Shown one piece after another: positions 1 to 9,956 of a stretch of 64,000 nucleotides of DNA (its first letter is position 1; each line of letters begins with the position of its first letter). A program made the translations under genes and the position numbers. Under the pieces are notes generated by a model. The model was not told the origin of the DNA. It saw nothing but the letters and a program-made list of their open reading frames with translations, and did not search any database. The DNA is from an uncultured Desulfosarcina sp. (GTDB taxonomy: Bacteria; Desulfobacterota; Desulfobacteria; Desulfobacterales; Desulfosarcinaceae): positions 2,080,001 through 2,144,000 of the forward strand of contig CAXXWQ010000003.1 of assembly GCA_963674945.2 (NCBI GenBank), written 5' to 3'.

Positions 1-72
1 AGTGTCAAGGGAAGGATCGGGTCTAATTTTAAAATCGATAGAATACCTTTACTTAACACTCACTCACAAGAT

Positions 73-1008
73 TTAGTGCGCACCATGCCCACCACCCCCA
101 TGAGCGCTATGTCCCTTCCCGTGATTGCCATGGGCATTTTTTCCATGAATACGCTTCTCGCTACTACCGACGGCATCTACTTTTTTCCCGGTAAGATGTA
201 AAAAAGCATCTTCCAGGTTCACCCGGCGCAGGGTAAACCCGTTGGTGCCTGCGGCACCCGATTCCTGGGCCGCCTCCCGGCTTGGAAAATAGGCCGACTC
301 CATTCCTTCCTCCGTCACCCAGTCGATGGCCCAATGGCCGACCTGGGCCATCAAGGTCGTGGGGGCATCCACCGCAACGATTCGGCCGCTGTCCAGAAAC
401 GCTACACGATCTGCCAAAAATTCGGCCTCTTCGATGTAGTGGGTGGTGAGAAAAATCGTCGTCCCGTTCTTTTGAATCTTCTTGATCAACGACCAGATGC
501 GCCGACGGATATTGGCGTCCAGCCCCACGGTAGGCTCGTCCAGGAAAAGAATGCGAGGATCGTGAAGCAGCGCACGGGCGATCATGACACGGCGTTTCAT
601 TCCACCGGACAACTGCTTGACCAGACCGTCGCTGCGATCGCTGAGTTCGATATAGGCGAGCAGGGTTTCGATGCGGTCTTTACGAGCCGACGCCGACATG
701 CCGAACAGGCGCCCGTGGATGTCCAAGTTCTCTTTAACGGTGAGTTCACTGTCCAGATTGATATGCTGGGGCACGAGTCCGCATTGGCGCTTGGCATCCA
801 TGGGGCGGTGCTGGATGTCGTGGCCGTTTAACGACGCACTCCCTTGGGTCAGTTTCGTCAGCCCGGTAAGGATCCGGATGGTCGTCGTCTTGCCGGCCCC
901 GTTGGGTCCCAGGTAGGCGAACAGCTCGCCTTCGGGAACATTCAGGTCGATGCCGGATAAAGCCGTTGTGGTAGCGTAGCTTTTTTGGAGGTTTTGTATT
1001 TTTATCAT
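73..1008 (-). CDS. ABC transporter ATP-binding protein (NodI/DrrA-like), His-rich C-terminal tail
   Basis: Walker A GPNGAGKTT, signature LSGGMKRR, Walker B ILFLDEPT, TTHYIEEAE; start moved to MIKIQNL (1008). Confidence 0.9.
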   Translation of the reverse strand: MIKIQNLQKSYATTTALSGIDLNVPEGELFAYLGPNGAGKTTTIRILTGLTKLTQGSASLNGHDIQHRPMDAKRQCGLVPQHINLDSELTVKENLDIHGRLFGMSASARKDRIETLLAYIELSDRSDGLVKQLSGGMKRRVMIARALLHDPRILFLDEPTVGLDANIRRRIWSLIKKIQKNGTTIFLTTHYIEEAEFLADRVAFLDSGRIVAVDAPTTLMAQVGHWAIDWVTEEGMESAYFPSREAAQESGAAGTNGFTLRRVNLEDAFLHLTGKKVDAVGSSEKRIHGKNAHGNHGKGHSAHGGGGHGAH

Positions 1009-1049
1009 ATTTTTCTTTTTCCCACAGATCAATGATCACTGATTACTGC

Positions 1050-2090
1050 TCAACGCCCACCGGCAACTGCTTTTTTCTTTAATGCTTGAACATTATCCGC
1101 AATCTCCATCAAAGGTTGCCTGCGTACCCGATGGGGCAGGGCCAGTTCGGCGGCGGCCTGAATGTCCTCTGAGATCACTTCGCTACGGCCGTCATAAGCG
1201 GCCAGGGTCTTGGCGGTCTTGAGGATAATGATGTCTCCCCTGTGCCCGTCCACCCCCACGTCCAGGCAATATTCGGCGATTTCGTATAACCGCTCTTTGG
1301 CCACCGTCACTTGGGGGTAGAGGGTTTTTGCGGCGAGAATACGGTCGGTCAGGGTTTTTCCCTCGGATTCCCACTGTTTGGAGAACTCTTCCGGATGTTC
1401 GTCGAAGGCGGCCCGCCGCTCCATGACCGTCACCCGGTCGTCGGCCGTGGTGATGCCTTCGATGTTGACACAGAGTCCGAACCGGTCCAGCAATTGGGGA
1501 CGAAGTTCCCCCTCTTCGGGGTTCATGGTGCCCACCAGAGTAAAACGGGCCGGATGGGAGAAGGAGACCCCCTCCCGCTCGATGCTGTTGACGCCCATGG
1601 CCGCCGAATCCAGCAGCACATCCACCACGTGATCGTCCAGCAGGTTGACTTCATCCACGTAGAGGATACCCCGGTGGGCGGCGGCGAGCAGTCCGGGTTC
1701 CACCCGTTTTTCTCCATTTTTCAGGGCGTGCTCCAGATCCATGGTGCCCACCACCCGGTCTTCGGTGGCGCCCACGGGCAATTCCGTTACCCGGACCTTG
1801 CGGGTCGTGGTCGAAGGAAGGCCCTCTCCGGGCAGGTCCAACATACGGGCGACTTCCAGATAGACCCCATCCTCCTCGCCGGGCGCAAGCTGGAACGGGT
1901 CGTCGGTGAAGACTTCGATCTGGGGAAGGATGTCGGCCAGTGCCCTCACGGCGGTGGATTTGGCCGTCCCTTTCTCCCCACGGATGAGTACCCCGGAAAG
2001 GCCGGGATTGACGACGTTGAGGATCAGGGCCAATTTCATTTTTTCCTGTCCGACGATGGCGGCAAATGGGTAGATGGGGGCTTTGTTCAC
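1050..2090 (-). CDS. ChlI/BchI-family AAA+ chelatase ATPase subunit (probable CobN partner)
   Basis: YPFAAIVGQE, GEKGTAKST, ATEDRVVG, LYVDEVNLL, NPEEGELRPQLLDRFG. Confidence 0.92.
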   Translation of the reverse strand: MNKAPIYPFAAIVGQEKMKLALILNVVNPGLSGVLIRGEKGTAKSTAVRALADILPQIEVFTDDPFQLAPGEEDGVYLEVARMLDLPGEGLPSTTTRKVRVTELPVGATEDRVVGTMDLEHALKNGEKRVEPGLLAAAHRGILYVDEVNLLDDHVVDVLLDSAAMGVNSIEREGVSFSHPARFTLVGTMNPEEGELRPQLLDRFGLCVNIEGITTADDRVTVMERRAAFDEHPEEFSKQWESEGKTLTDRILAAKTLYPQVTVAKERLYEIAEYCLDVGVDGHRGDIIILKTAKTLAAYDGRSEVISEDIQAAAELALPHRVRRQPLMEIADNVQALKKKAVAGGR

Positions 2091-4210
2091 GGCAGTTGTC
2101 CTTTCACGATATTGACCAGGCTCCGGGCCTTGAGGTCGTCGATTTTAAAGTATTGGGCATCCAATGCGGCGGCCAGCCGACGGGCCAGACCGAAGGTGAC
2201 CAGGCCCGCCTCTTCGGTGTCCACCACGATGTGACGGATGCGATCGTCTTTGGCCATGGCCGATGCCAGGCGCGTCACCTCGTCCAGGGGCTTTCCGTCG
2301 CCCAGGGCGACATTGCTCTTGCCGTCGGTGATCAGAATCACGATGGGCCGGGCCGAAGGATCCTTTAGCAAAACGTTGCGTACCTGTTCGAACGTCTTGG
2401 CCAGTCCCGCCGAAAGCGGCGTGCGCCCGCCAACGGGCAGTTCGGCCAGCAGCTTGCCTGCAAGGTCTACGGATGTGGTGGGAGGAAGGTTGACCACGGC
2501 TTCGCTTCTCCGAAAGGAGATCATGGCCACACGATCCCGTTTCTGGTAGGCGTCCAGAAGAAGCGACATCACGGCTCCCTTGGAAGCGGCCATGCGGCCC
2601 CTGGCACCCATGGAGCCGCTGGCGTCCACGGCGAAAAAGAGAAAATTGCCGATGCGCTTTTCCCGGATTTTTCCGCGGATGTCCGCATCGCTCAGGGTAA
2701 CGCAAAAGCCATTACCGTTACCGCGCGACTTCTGATACGGGGCAGCGGCCCGCAAGGTGGCGTCCAGGGCAATATCTCCATTTCGTTGGTTCATACAGCT
2801 TTTAACGTACCGTCCTTGCTTCTGGGAGACCCGGGTACGCGACCTGCGCCCAGAACCCCTTCTGAAGATTCGATCCTTGGGTACCGAAAGTGGTTTCACC
2901 TTGAAGGTGCTGCCGATCTCGAAGATGCGATCTTCTCCGGATTCAGGACGTGGTGGTTCCTGATCGGGTTCGGTCTGATTCTCACCGTGTGAGTGATCCG
3001 GTTGTGACGCCTGGGGCGGATCGTTTTCCTGCTCCTTTTGTTTTTCCTCCGGTTGCGCATCGTCCGGTGGCGGATCTTCCCGGGGCGGATCGTTCTCTTC
3101 ATTATCTTGGGAGTTATCCGGTGGTGGCGGTGGAGGCGGCGGTGGTGGTTGGGCCTCTCGTCTACGATGCACCAGCACCATGGGCGCCACCTGGTGGATG
3201 TGGTCCACGGTCACCTCGGATGCCGATGACATGGCCGCGACGGCTCGGGCGGCTTGCTCCATCACGAGGTCGGCCCGGTGGCCGGCTACGTTGTTCTCGG
3301 TGCACAATTCACCGATGAAGCCGCGCAGATGGCGCGGCATGCGCACCCCGCAAAGATTGGCGCGACCGGTTTCGATCCGGCGGGCGATTGTCCGGTTCTG
3401 TTCGAAAGCCGCCTTCATGAAGGCGACCGGATCATTGTCGAACGCCTCGCGCCGCAGCATGAGCGTCACACGATCGTCGGCCGAATCGGCACCGGCGGTC
3501 TCGACACACAGGCCGAATCGGTCGAGCAACTGGGGTCGTAATTCTCCCTCCTCGGGGTTCATGGTGCCCACCAGGATAAACCGTGATGGATGCCAAAAGG
3601 AGATGCCCTCCCGTTCGATGATGTTTTCACCCGATGCCGCGGCGTCCAGAACGATGTCTACGATGTGATCGTCCAGCAGGTTGACCTCATCCACATAGAG
3701 GATTCCCCGGTGGGCCGCTGCCAGTAATCCAGGCTGCAGGGTACGCCGACCTTTTCTGATGGCCAACGAAAAATCGATCCCCCCGACAACCCGGTCCTCG
3801 GTTGCATTCAAGGGCAGATTAACCACACGGACCCTTCGTTTGGCCGGTTTTACCTTGCTTCCCAAAGAGCGGCAACCATCGCAATAGGCATCGGGTCGAT
3901 CCGGCCGGCATGAATAGGCACACCCTGCGACCACATCGATATGGGGTAAGATGGCCGCCAGTGCTCGCACCGCAGTGGATTTGGCCGTTCCTTTCTCCCC
4001 ACGGATCAGCACGCCACCGATGGCCGGATTGACGGCGTTAAGCAGAAGACTCTTCTTGAGATCGTCCTGGCCGATGATTGCGGCGAAAGGAAAAACAGAC
4101 TGGTGATGCGTGATGGGTGATGCGTGTCCAGTGCCCAAGACTTGGTTATCGGTCGCTGACTTTGAAATCTGATTTTTCTCGATCTGCATGCTGCTTGTTA
4201 CCATATTCAC
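2087..4210 (-). CDS. ChlD/BchD-family chelatase subunit (AAA + Pro/acidic linker + vWA), putative cobaltochelatase subunit
   Basis: N-terminal ChlI-like domain, poly-Pro/acidic linker, vWA MIDAS DASGSM, GRTPL, ITDG; exact start uncertain. Confidence 0.92.
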   Translation of the reverse strand: MNMVTSSMQIEKNQISKSATDNQVLGTGHASPITHHQSVFPFAAIIGQDDLKKSLLLNAVNPAIGGVLIRGEKGTAKSTAVRALAAILPHIDVVAGCAYSCRPDRPDAYCDGCRSLGSKVKPAKRRVRVVNLPLNATEDRVVGGIDFSLAIRKGRRTLQPGLLAAAHRGILYVDEVNLLDDHIVDIVLDAAASGENIIEREGISFWHPSRFILVGTMNPEEGELRPQLLDRFGLCVETAGADSADDRVTLMLRREAFDNDPVAFMKAAFEQNRTIARRIETGRANLCGVRMPRHLRGFIGELCTENNVAGHRADLVMEQAARAVAAMSSASEVTVDHIHQVAPMVLVHRRREAQPPPPPPPPPPDNSQDNEENDPPREDPPPDDAQPEEKQKEQENDPPQASQPDHSHGENQTEPDQEPPRPESGEDRIFEIGSTFKVKPLSVPKDRIFRRGSGRRSRTRVSQKQGRYVKSCMNQRNGDIALDATLRAAAPYQKSRGNGNGFCVTLSDADIRGKIREKRIGNFLFFAVDASGSMGARGRMAASKGAVMSLLLDAYQKRDRVAMISFRRSEAVVNLPPTTSVDLAGKLLAELPVGGRTPLSAGLAKTFEQVRNVLLKDPSARPIVILITDGKSNVALGDGKPLDEVTRLASAMAKDDRIRHIVVDTEEAGLVTFGLARRLAAALDAQYFKIDDLKARSLVNIVKGQLP

Positions 4211-4242
4211 CTTGCATTCATTTCCGTTTTTTATTCATCGCT

Positions 4243-4283
4243 TACCGTGAACCGTGAACCGTGAACCGTGAACCGTGAACCGA
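4243..4283. repeat. Tandem heptamer array (ACCGTGA)x5
   Basis: accgtga repeated five times between the receptor gene and chlD-like gene. Confidence 0.9.
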
Positions 4284-4289
4284 TTTCCG

Positions 4290-6053
4290 TTACATTCGCC
4301 AATTCACCCCAACGATCCAGGTAAACGGCGGTGCCAGAAGTCCGTCGGAATAGTAGTACGTTTTATCGAAGAGGTTTTCCATCTCGGTAAAAACGGTCCA
4401 TCGTTTGAGGGCGTATTCCGCCTTGAGGCTGGCGATGGCATATTCCGGAACGGTTTTCGTGTTGGCCTTGTTGCGAAAGACTTCGGAGACATACTTTCCG
4501 GTTGCCACGATGGAAAACGGTCCTGCCGGTTGCCAGAACAGATCCAGCCTGGCTTTGTGCTTCGCCTTGGCCGGCAAGGTAAGATCCGTCTCTTCGTCGA
4601 TGGCTTCCAGGTATGTGTAATTGCCCTTGAGTTTTAACCGATCGCGAATTTGCCAGTCCAGGGATAGATCCCCTCCCGCATAGGTGACCAGCCCGAAATT
4701 CTGGTATTGCCCGATACCTTCGTCGCCGGTCAGGTAGGTGATCCGGTCGGAAAGGCGATTGTAGAAAAAGGTCACGCTTGTACTGATTTTCTCCTTTGGC
4801 TTTACAAACAGGGCCAGGCTGTAATTGTCCGCCGTCTCCATGGTCAGGTCTGGGTTGGGCAGGGTCGAGCTGGTCTGGTTGTACCGTTGCCGAAAGGACG
4901 GCGTGTTGTTGGTCCGGCCATAGGCGGCGGTTACGCGCCACTTCTTTCGTTTGTATGCCAGCTTCAGTTCGGGGTTGACGGCATCGTCAAAGTCCGAATT
5001 GACGTTGGCCCGGAGTCCTGCGGTCAACGTGAGACGTTGGTCGAACCACTGCAGCGAATCGGATGCAAACAAAGACCAGGTCGTCTCCCGCTGGTCGTCG
5101 AAATTGCTGCCGCCGGCACGGCCCAATCGGAACGCGGCACCGAAGTTTACATTTCCCCAGTCGCCCAGGTCCCTGGTGGTCGACAGGTCTTCCCCCAACT
5201 CACTGACGCGGAAGATCTGGTCGATGTTCCGACTGGGATCGGTGTTGTGGGTTCGACCCTCGTTGAAAAAGGTGGTACTGGCCATCGGATCCCAGTTTGC
5301 CGTGAGGGACAGTCCGAGGTTGTCGGAGGATTTCCGTGAAAGGGGGGTAGGGTATTCTGGCAGACCGGCGAGACCCCTCTCATCTTCGAGATAATCGGCC
5401 GTAAGAGAGACGCTTCTTCCTTCATTGCGGCTGTAGGTTAGCCGGCCACCGCCCTGCCACCGTTCCCTGTCGCCGTTACTCTTGTATCCATCGGTTGCTT
5501 CGAAACCGCCGGTCACGCCGGCGGACCAGTGGCCGGCGGTTGTTTGCAGGTTGGTGTATCCGTATCCGGTACCGTAATTGCCTCCGTAGGCCTTGACGTT
5601 TCCGGTCAACCGCTGGATCCGTTTGGTGGTGATGAGGATGACACCGCCCGACGCGTCCTGGCCGTACCGCAGGCCGCCCTTGCCACGCAGGATCTCGATA
5701 CGCTCAACCTCGTGGGGGGATACCAGGTCCCATTTGATGGTGCCGTGACTGGAGGTGGGATCGTTGATGGGGCGGCCGTCCACGAACACCTTGACCTTGT
5801 ACACGCCATGGATTCCCACGGAGGTATCGCTGGCGGTCACACCGGGTACATGGTTGAGCACGTCGGCCATTTTGTGGGCCTGCATGTCACGAATCTCCTC
5901 GGCGGTGATGACGATGGTGTCACCGTTGTCAGTGATCGGTGATCGGTCGTCGGTCATCGGTGGCTGCTGTTCAGCGAAAACAGGGCAAGTTACTTCCATC
6001 AGCACGATAAGTAGCGTCAAACTCAAAAGTCGCATTTTCAGGTTACGGTTCAC
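4290..6053 (-). CDS. TonB-dependent outer-membrane receptor (BtuB-like, short)
   Basis: Signal peptide, plug motifs (VFVDGRP, ERIEILRG, GGVILITTK), NPDLTMETA, ENLFDKTY, terminal beta-strand. Confidence 0.9.
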   Translation of the reverse strand: MNRNLKMRLLSLTLLIVLMEVTCPVFAEQQPPMTDDRSPITDNGDTIVITAEEIRDMQAHKMADVLNHVPGVTASDTSVGIHGVYKVKVFVDGRPINDPTSSHGTIKWDLVSPHEVERIEILRGKGGLRYGQDASGGVILITTKRIQRLTGNVKAYGGNYGTGYGYTNLQTTAGHWSAGVTGGFEATDGYKSNGDRERWQGGGRLTYSRNEGRSVSLTADYLEDERGLAGLPEYPTPLSRKSSDNLGLSLTANWDPMASTTFFNEGRTHNTDPSRNIDQIFRVSELGEDLSTTRDLGDWGNVNFGAAFRLGRAGGSNFDDQRETTWSLFASDSLQWFDQRLTLTAGLRANVNSDFDDAVNPELKLAYKRKKWRVTAAYGRTNNTPSFRQRYNQTSSTLPNPDLTMETADNYSLALFVKPKEKISTSVTFFYNRLSDRITYLTGDEGIGQYQNFGLVTYAGGDLSLDWQIRDRLKLKGNYTYLEAIDEETDLTLPAKAKHKARLDLFWQPAGPFSIVATGKYVSEVFRNKANTKTVPEYAIASLKAEYALKRWTVFTEMENLFDKTYYYSDGLLAPPFTWIVGVNWRM

Positions 6054-6175
6054 GGATTTCAGTTCACAGTTCTCGGTTCAAGGTTCTCGGTTCAAAGTTT
6101 ACGGTTCTCAGTTCTCAGTTCTCAGTTCGTGGTTCATCGTTCACCGATCTCCGATCACCTGGTCACTGGTCACAG
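6045..6175. repeat. Degenerate heptamer array (GTTCTCR / GTTCACR units) overlapping the cobN 3' end
   Basis: gttcacagttctcggttcaaggttctcggttcaaagtttacggttctcagttctcagttctcagttc... Confidence 0.8.
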
Positions 6176-9100
6176 GTTTCCGATCGCTCCACTCTTCGAT
6201 CTCGCCTTCCATCTCCAGGTAGGCGTCGCGAAGCTTCTCCTCCATCTCGTCATCGGCGTCCCACATGCCCCGGTTGATGGCCTCGAGGAGTTTGTCGAGG
6301 ATATTTTGCAGGGCAAAGGGGTTGACCTGTTTCATCCACTCCTGCATCTCGGGGTCAAGGGCATAGGCGTTGGCGATCTTTTCGTACATCCAGTCGTCGA
6401 TTACCTCGGCAGTGGCATCCCATCCCAGCACCACGTCCATCATGTGCGAGATGTCACCGGCACCCTTGTAACCGTGACGCTTCATTCCCTCCAGCCATTT
6501 GGGATTGACCAGCCGGCTGCGCAGCACGTGCTTGGCCTCCTCGAAGGTGGTGCGCATCTTGACCCGCTTGGGGTCGGCGCTGTCGCCCATCACGGAAAAG
6601 GGCAGGTGGTCGCGCACGGTCTTGACGGCAACGATCATGCCGCCGTAGTAGTTGTAATAGTCCGTGCACGACATCATGTCGTACTCCCGGGAGTCCTCGT
6701 TTTTCACGGTTACGTCCATGCGCGACAGGTTTTTCCGGTAGGCGTCGGGTTTTTGTTTGCCATAGCTGCCCTGGCCGTAGGCGTGGGAGGAGTAGCGGAT
6801 GTAGTTGTTGCCCAGGTCCTCCTGGGTCTTCCAGTTTTTGGACTCCACCAGTTCTGCCACGCCTGCGCCGTAGGTACCCGGAGGGCAGCCGAAGACCCTG
6901 AAGGTGGCTTCGCGATAGGCCTCCTGTTCATCCATGCCCATCTGTCGGTATTCCTCGAGGTCCTTATACACGTTGCGACGGACGAAATTGGATTCCGGCG
7001 GCTCCGTAAGGGCCGCCACCATCTGGACGGCCTCGTCGATGCGTGCCACCAGGTTGGGAAACGAGTCCCGGAAGAAGCCCGAAATGCGCGGCGTCACATC
7101 CAGGCGGGGGCGTTTCAGTTCGCTTGCCGGGATCACCTCCAGACCGGTCACGTTGCCGCTGCCCTTGGCCCATACCGGGCGAACGCCCATCAGGTAGTAG
7201 ATCTCGGCGATGTCGTCTCCCCGGGTGCGCATGGTGCTGGTGCCGTAGACCAGGATGCCGATATTGTCCGGATACCGTCCCGATTCCTCCAGATAACGCT
7301 CGATGAGTGCGTCGCCCAGTCGAATGCCGACCTTCCAGGCCGCCGGGGTGGGAATTTTATTTGGATCTACACTGTAGAAGTTGCGGCCGGTGGGCAGAAT
7401 GTCGGCCTGGCCCCGGGTGGGCGCGCCTGAGGGACCCGGTGGAACGAAACCGCCGTTGAATCCCGTGAAGCTGTGGTCGATCTCATCCGTGCAGCGTCGG
7501 ATATTGGGTACCAGGGTATCGGCAATATAGGCGAGTACTTCATCTGCATCCGGCGATGGGCTGTCCAGCAGGTCGGCGGTTACCGCTGCCACGCGATCGG
7601 GCCGGTAGTCCGTGGCGGCCAGTCCGTGGGCCAGGGAAAGGGCCTTTTCGTGGGCCTTACGGATGATCTCGGCGCCGCTCAGGCCACCGAAGCGATCCGG
7701 GCGTTTGCCGCGATTTTCCAGCACATCGTCATAATCGAAGCCCATGTCACGGACCATGGCTTCGCGCAAGGAGGGCACGCTGCCGTTGGCAAGGCGGGTG
7801 AGCTGGACCACGAACTCCTCCAGCCGCGCCGCTTCCGGGGCCATCCCCATGACGTGCAGGCCGTCGTTGATCATGGTGTCGGATAGTTCTTCGATGTAGG
7901 CGTGCAATTTTTCCAAAAAGCCGTCGAAATCGCCAAAAGCGGTTTCCCGGCTAAGCTCCAGATCCTTGTCCAGATCGGCGGCTTCCACCGCCTCCCAGAT
8001 CATGGGCCGCAGAATTTCCATTTTTGCCGGATCCTCGGCAACGGCCATCGCATAGTCGGTCACCAGCCCCTGCACCTTGCCCAGATCGTCGTACAGGTCG
8101 GCATTGGTGTAAGCCGGTGTCAGGTGGTCGATGATGCAGGCGTAGCTTCTCCGCTTGGCCTGGGTTCCCTCACCGGGGTCGTTGATGATGTAGGGGTATA
8201 CGTTGGGAAGATCCATGATGGCCAGGTCCGGATAACAGGTCTCGGAGAGTCCCAGGGATTTTCCCGGCAGCCACTCCAGGCTGCCGTGCTTGCCCACATG
8301 AACCACCACGTCGGCCTTGAACACGTCTCTGATCCATCGGTAGTGGGCCAGGTAGTGGTGGGGCGGCGACAGATACATGTCGTGGTAGATCGCATCGATG
8401 TTCTCAAGGTACCCCCGTGGCGGCTGGATCGTCATGAAGACGTTGCCGTTGACGATACCGGCAAAATGCATCTCGTCTTCGTGGACGAACAAATCGCCGG
8501 GAATTTTTCCCCAGTCGGCGGTCATTTTTTCACGAATCGGTACGGGACGGGCGTCGTGCCAGGCGGTGAACCATTTACGGTCGGCATGGGCCTCGGCCCG
8601 TTCGGCCAACTGGTCCGGCGTCAGCCATCGCCGGTCGCAGGTCATCCGGCTGAGCATGTCGTGGGCCAGCTCGTCGCCGTCCGTGTAGGTGCGTTCGATC
8701 CGGTATCCGTCCGCCTGCATCCGGTCCAGCAGGTGCTTGACACTGGAGAAACTGTCCAATCCGGCCGCGCATCCGATGCGATCGTTTCGCGGTGGGTAGT
8801 GATGAAAGACGATGGCCACCTTTCGTTCGGTATTGGTCTTTACCGACAATCGTCCCCAGTTGAGTGCCAGCCGAACCATCTTGTCCACCCGCTCGGTGAT
8901 GGGCATATATTTGGACAAGAGTGCACCGGTGACGGGATCGGTTGTCTCCTGCTCCCGCGTGGCCACCGGCACGGTAATCAGGGCGCCGTCGAACTCGGGC
9001 TGGGCAGCCGAGTAGGAGACGTCCATGGTGTGCATTCCCTGGATACTCTCCTTCCACTGGGCATACGGATCCATGGAAACCATGGCCTGGATGCAGGGCA

Positions 9101-9950
9101 CGTTGAGCCGGGGCAAAAGATCCTTGTATTCCGGGGCGGCCAGTGTGAGAGAAAACATCATCGGGTTGATCAACACCTGGATGCGGGGGCGGTAACCATC
9201 CATGAAGTAGTGCTCGACGATATGATCGGCCCCGCGATTACCGCGATCGGCATCCTTGTACCGATGATGGAAAACAGGAATCACATTGGCACCGTGGGCC
9301 TCTACGGACCGGACGATGGCGTCGATGAAGGCGATATTGTTATTCAGCCAATAGATCTGGTAAAACCACAATCCCACGGTGGGTTTGGTCCGATCGACCT
9401 TTTGGTCCAGATAGTCGGCGAGATCGGGAATCCCGGGCAGGTCCGGATGGTAGATGCCCTCGTGGGGCAGGGTGATTGCCGGCTGGAAGGACTCATTTTC
9501 GTCGAATAGGCGATTGTAGAGATAGACGAGCAATTGAGTGAAATTCACATGACCGCCATGAAGCAGATAGTGGTTCATGTCATCCCAGACGGGTGTGCCG
9601 AAATCCGGGCTATTCGCACGGGCCGCCTCCACCGTATCCTCGTAACCGCCCGTTGGCTGGATGTGCAGGTAGGGTCGTCGGCCTTCGGGCAGGTCGGCCA
9701 GTGCCTCCATCAGCATATCGAAGGCGGGAAAGGATGGTTTTCCGCCGTGAAGGGTGACGACGATGGCATCGGCCTTGATCGCATGATCCACGAAGGCCTG
9801 CTGCCGCGCCTGGTCGAACAACTGAGCCTGGGTGCGGGCATGGACGCGGATGTCGCCACCGGCATCGATGAATTGACGCACGCCTTCGCTTAAGGAGGGA
9901 AGTTCCATGGCCGTGGCCGAATAGTAGCATAGGGTATAAGGTCGCATCAT
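6141..9950 (-). CDS. cobN: Cobaltochelatase subunit CobN (cytoplasmic)
   Basis: HVGKHGSLEWLPGK, YPYIINDPGEGTQAKRR, PGPSGAPTRG, LPTGRNFYSVDP, NPKWLEGMKRHGYKGA; no signal peptide. Confidence 0.93.
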   Translation of the reverse strand: MMRPYTLCYYSATAMELPSLSEGVRQFIDAGGDIRVHARTQAQLFDQARQQAFVDHAIKADAIVVTLHGGKPSFPAFDMLMEALADLPEGRRPYLHIQPTGGYEDTVEAARANSPDFGTPVWDDMNHYLLHGGHVNFTQLLVYLYNRLFDENESFQPAITLPHEGIYHPDLPGIPDLADYLDQKVDRTKPTVGLWFYQIYWLNNNIAFIDAIVRSVEAHGANVIPVFHHRYKDADRGNRGADHIVEHYFMDGYRPRIQVLINPMMFSLTLAAPEYKDLLPRLNVPCIQAMVSMDPYAQWKESIQGMHTMDVSYSAAQPEFDGALITVPVATREQETTDPVTGALLSKYMPITERVDKMVRLALNWGRLSVKTNTERKVAIVFHHYPPRNDRIGCAAGLDSFSSVKHLLDRMQADGYRIERTYTDGDELAHDMLSRMTCDRRWLTPDQLAERAEAHADRKWFTAWHDARPVPIREKMTADWGKIPGDLFVHEDEMHFAGIVNGNVFMTIQPPRGYLENIDAIYHDMYLSPPHHYLAHYRWIRDVFKADVVVHVGKHGSLEWLPGKSLGLSETCYPDLAIMDLPNVYPYIINDPGEGTQAKRRSYACIIDHLTPAYTNADLYDDLGKVQGLVTDYAMAVAEDPAKMEILRPMIWEAVEAADLDKDLELSRETAFGDFDGFLEKLHAYIEELSDTMINDGLHVMGMAPEAARLEEFVVQLTRLANGSVPSLREAMVRDMGFDYDDVLENRGKRPDRFGGLSGAEIIRKAHEKALSLAHGLAATDYRPDRVAAVTADLLDSPSPDADEVLAYIADTLVPNIRRCTDEIDHSFTGFNGGFVPPGPSGAPTRGQADILPTGRNFYSVDPNKIPTPAAWKVGIRLGDALIERYLEESGRYPDNIGILVYGTSTMRTRGDDIAEIYYLMGVRPVWAKGSGNVTGLEVIPASELKRPRLDVTPRISGFFRDSFPNLVARIDEAVQMVAALTEPPESNFVRRNVYKDLEEYRQMGMDEQEAYREATFRVFGCPPGTYGAGVAELVESKNWKTQEDLGNNYIRYSSHAYGQGSYGKQKPDAYRKNLSRMDVTVKNEDSREYDMMSCTDYYNYYGGMIVAVKTVRDHLPFSVMGDSADPKRVKMRTTFEEAKHVLRSRLVNPKWLEGMKRHGYKGAGDISHMMDVVLGWDATAEVIDDWMYEKIANAYALDPEMQEWMKQVNPFALQNILDKLLEAINRGMWDADDEMEEKLRDAYLEMEGEIEEWSDRKPVTSDQVIGDR

Positions 9951-9956
9951 ATTTTC

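Noticed and set aside
1050..4210. Magnesium chelatase / photosynthesis genes
   Set aside because: The partner is CobN-type, the operon is B12-riboswitch controlled, and no bch/chl genes are present.
6129..9509. Long plus-strand ORFs (433 aa and 535 aa)
   Set aside because: They are antisense shadows of cobN in GC-rich DNA with no recognisable motifs; the same applies to most other antisense ORFs in the track.
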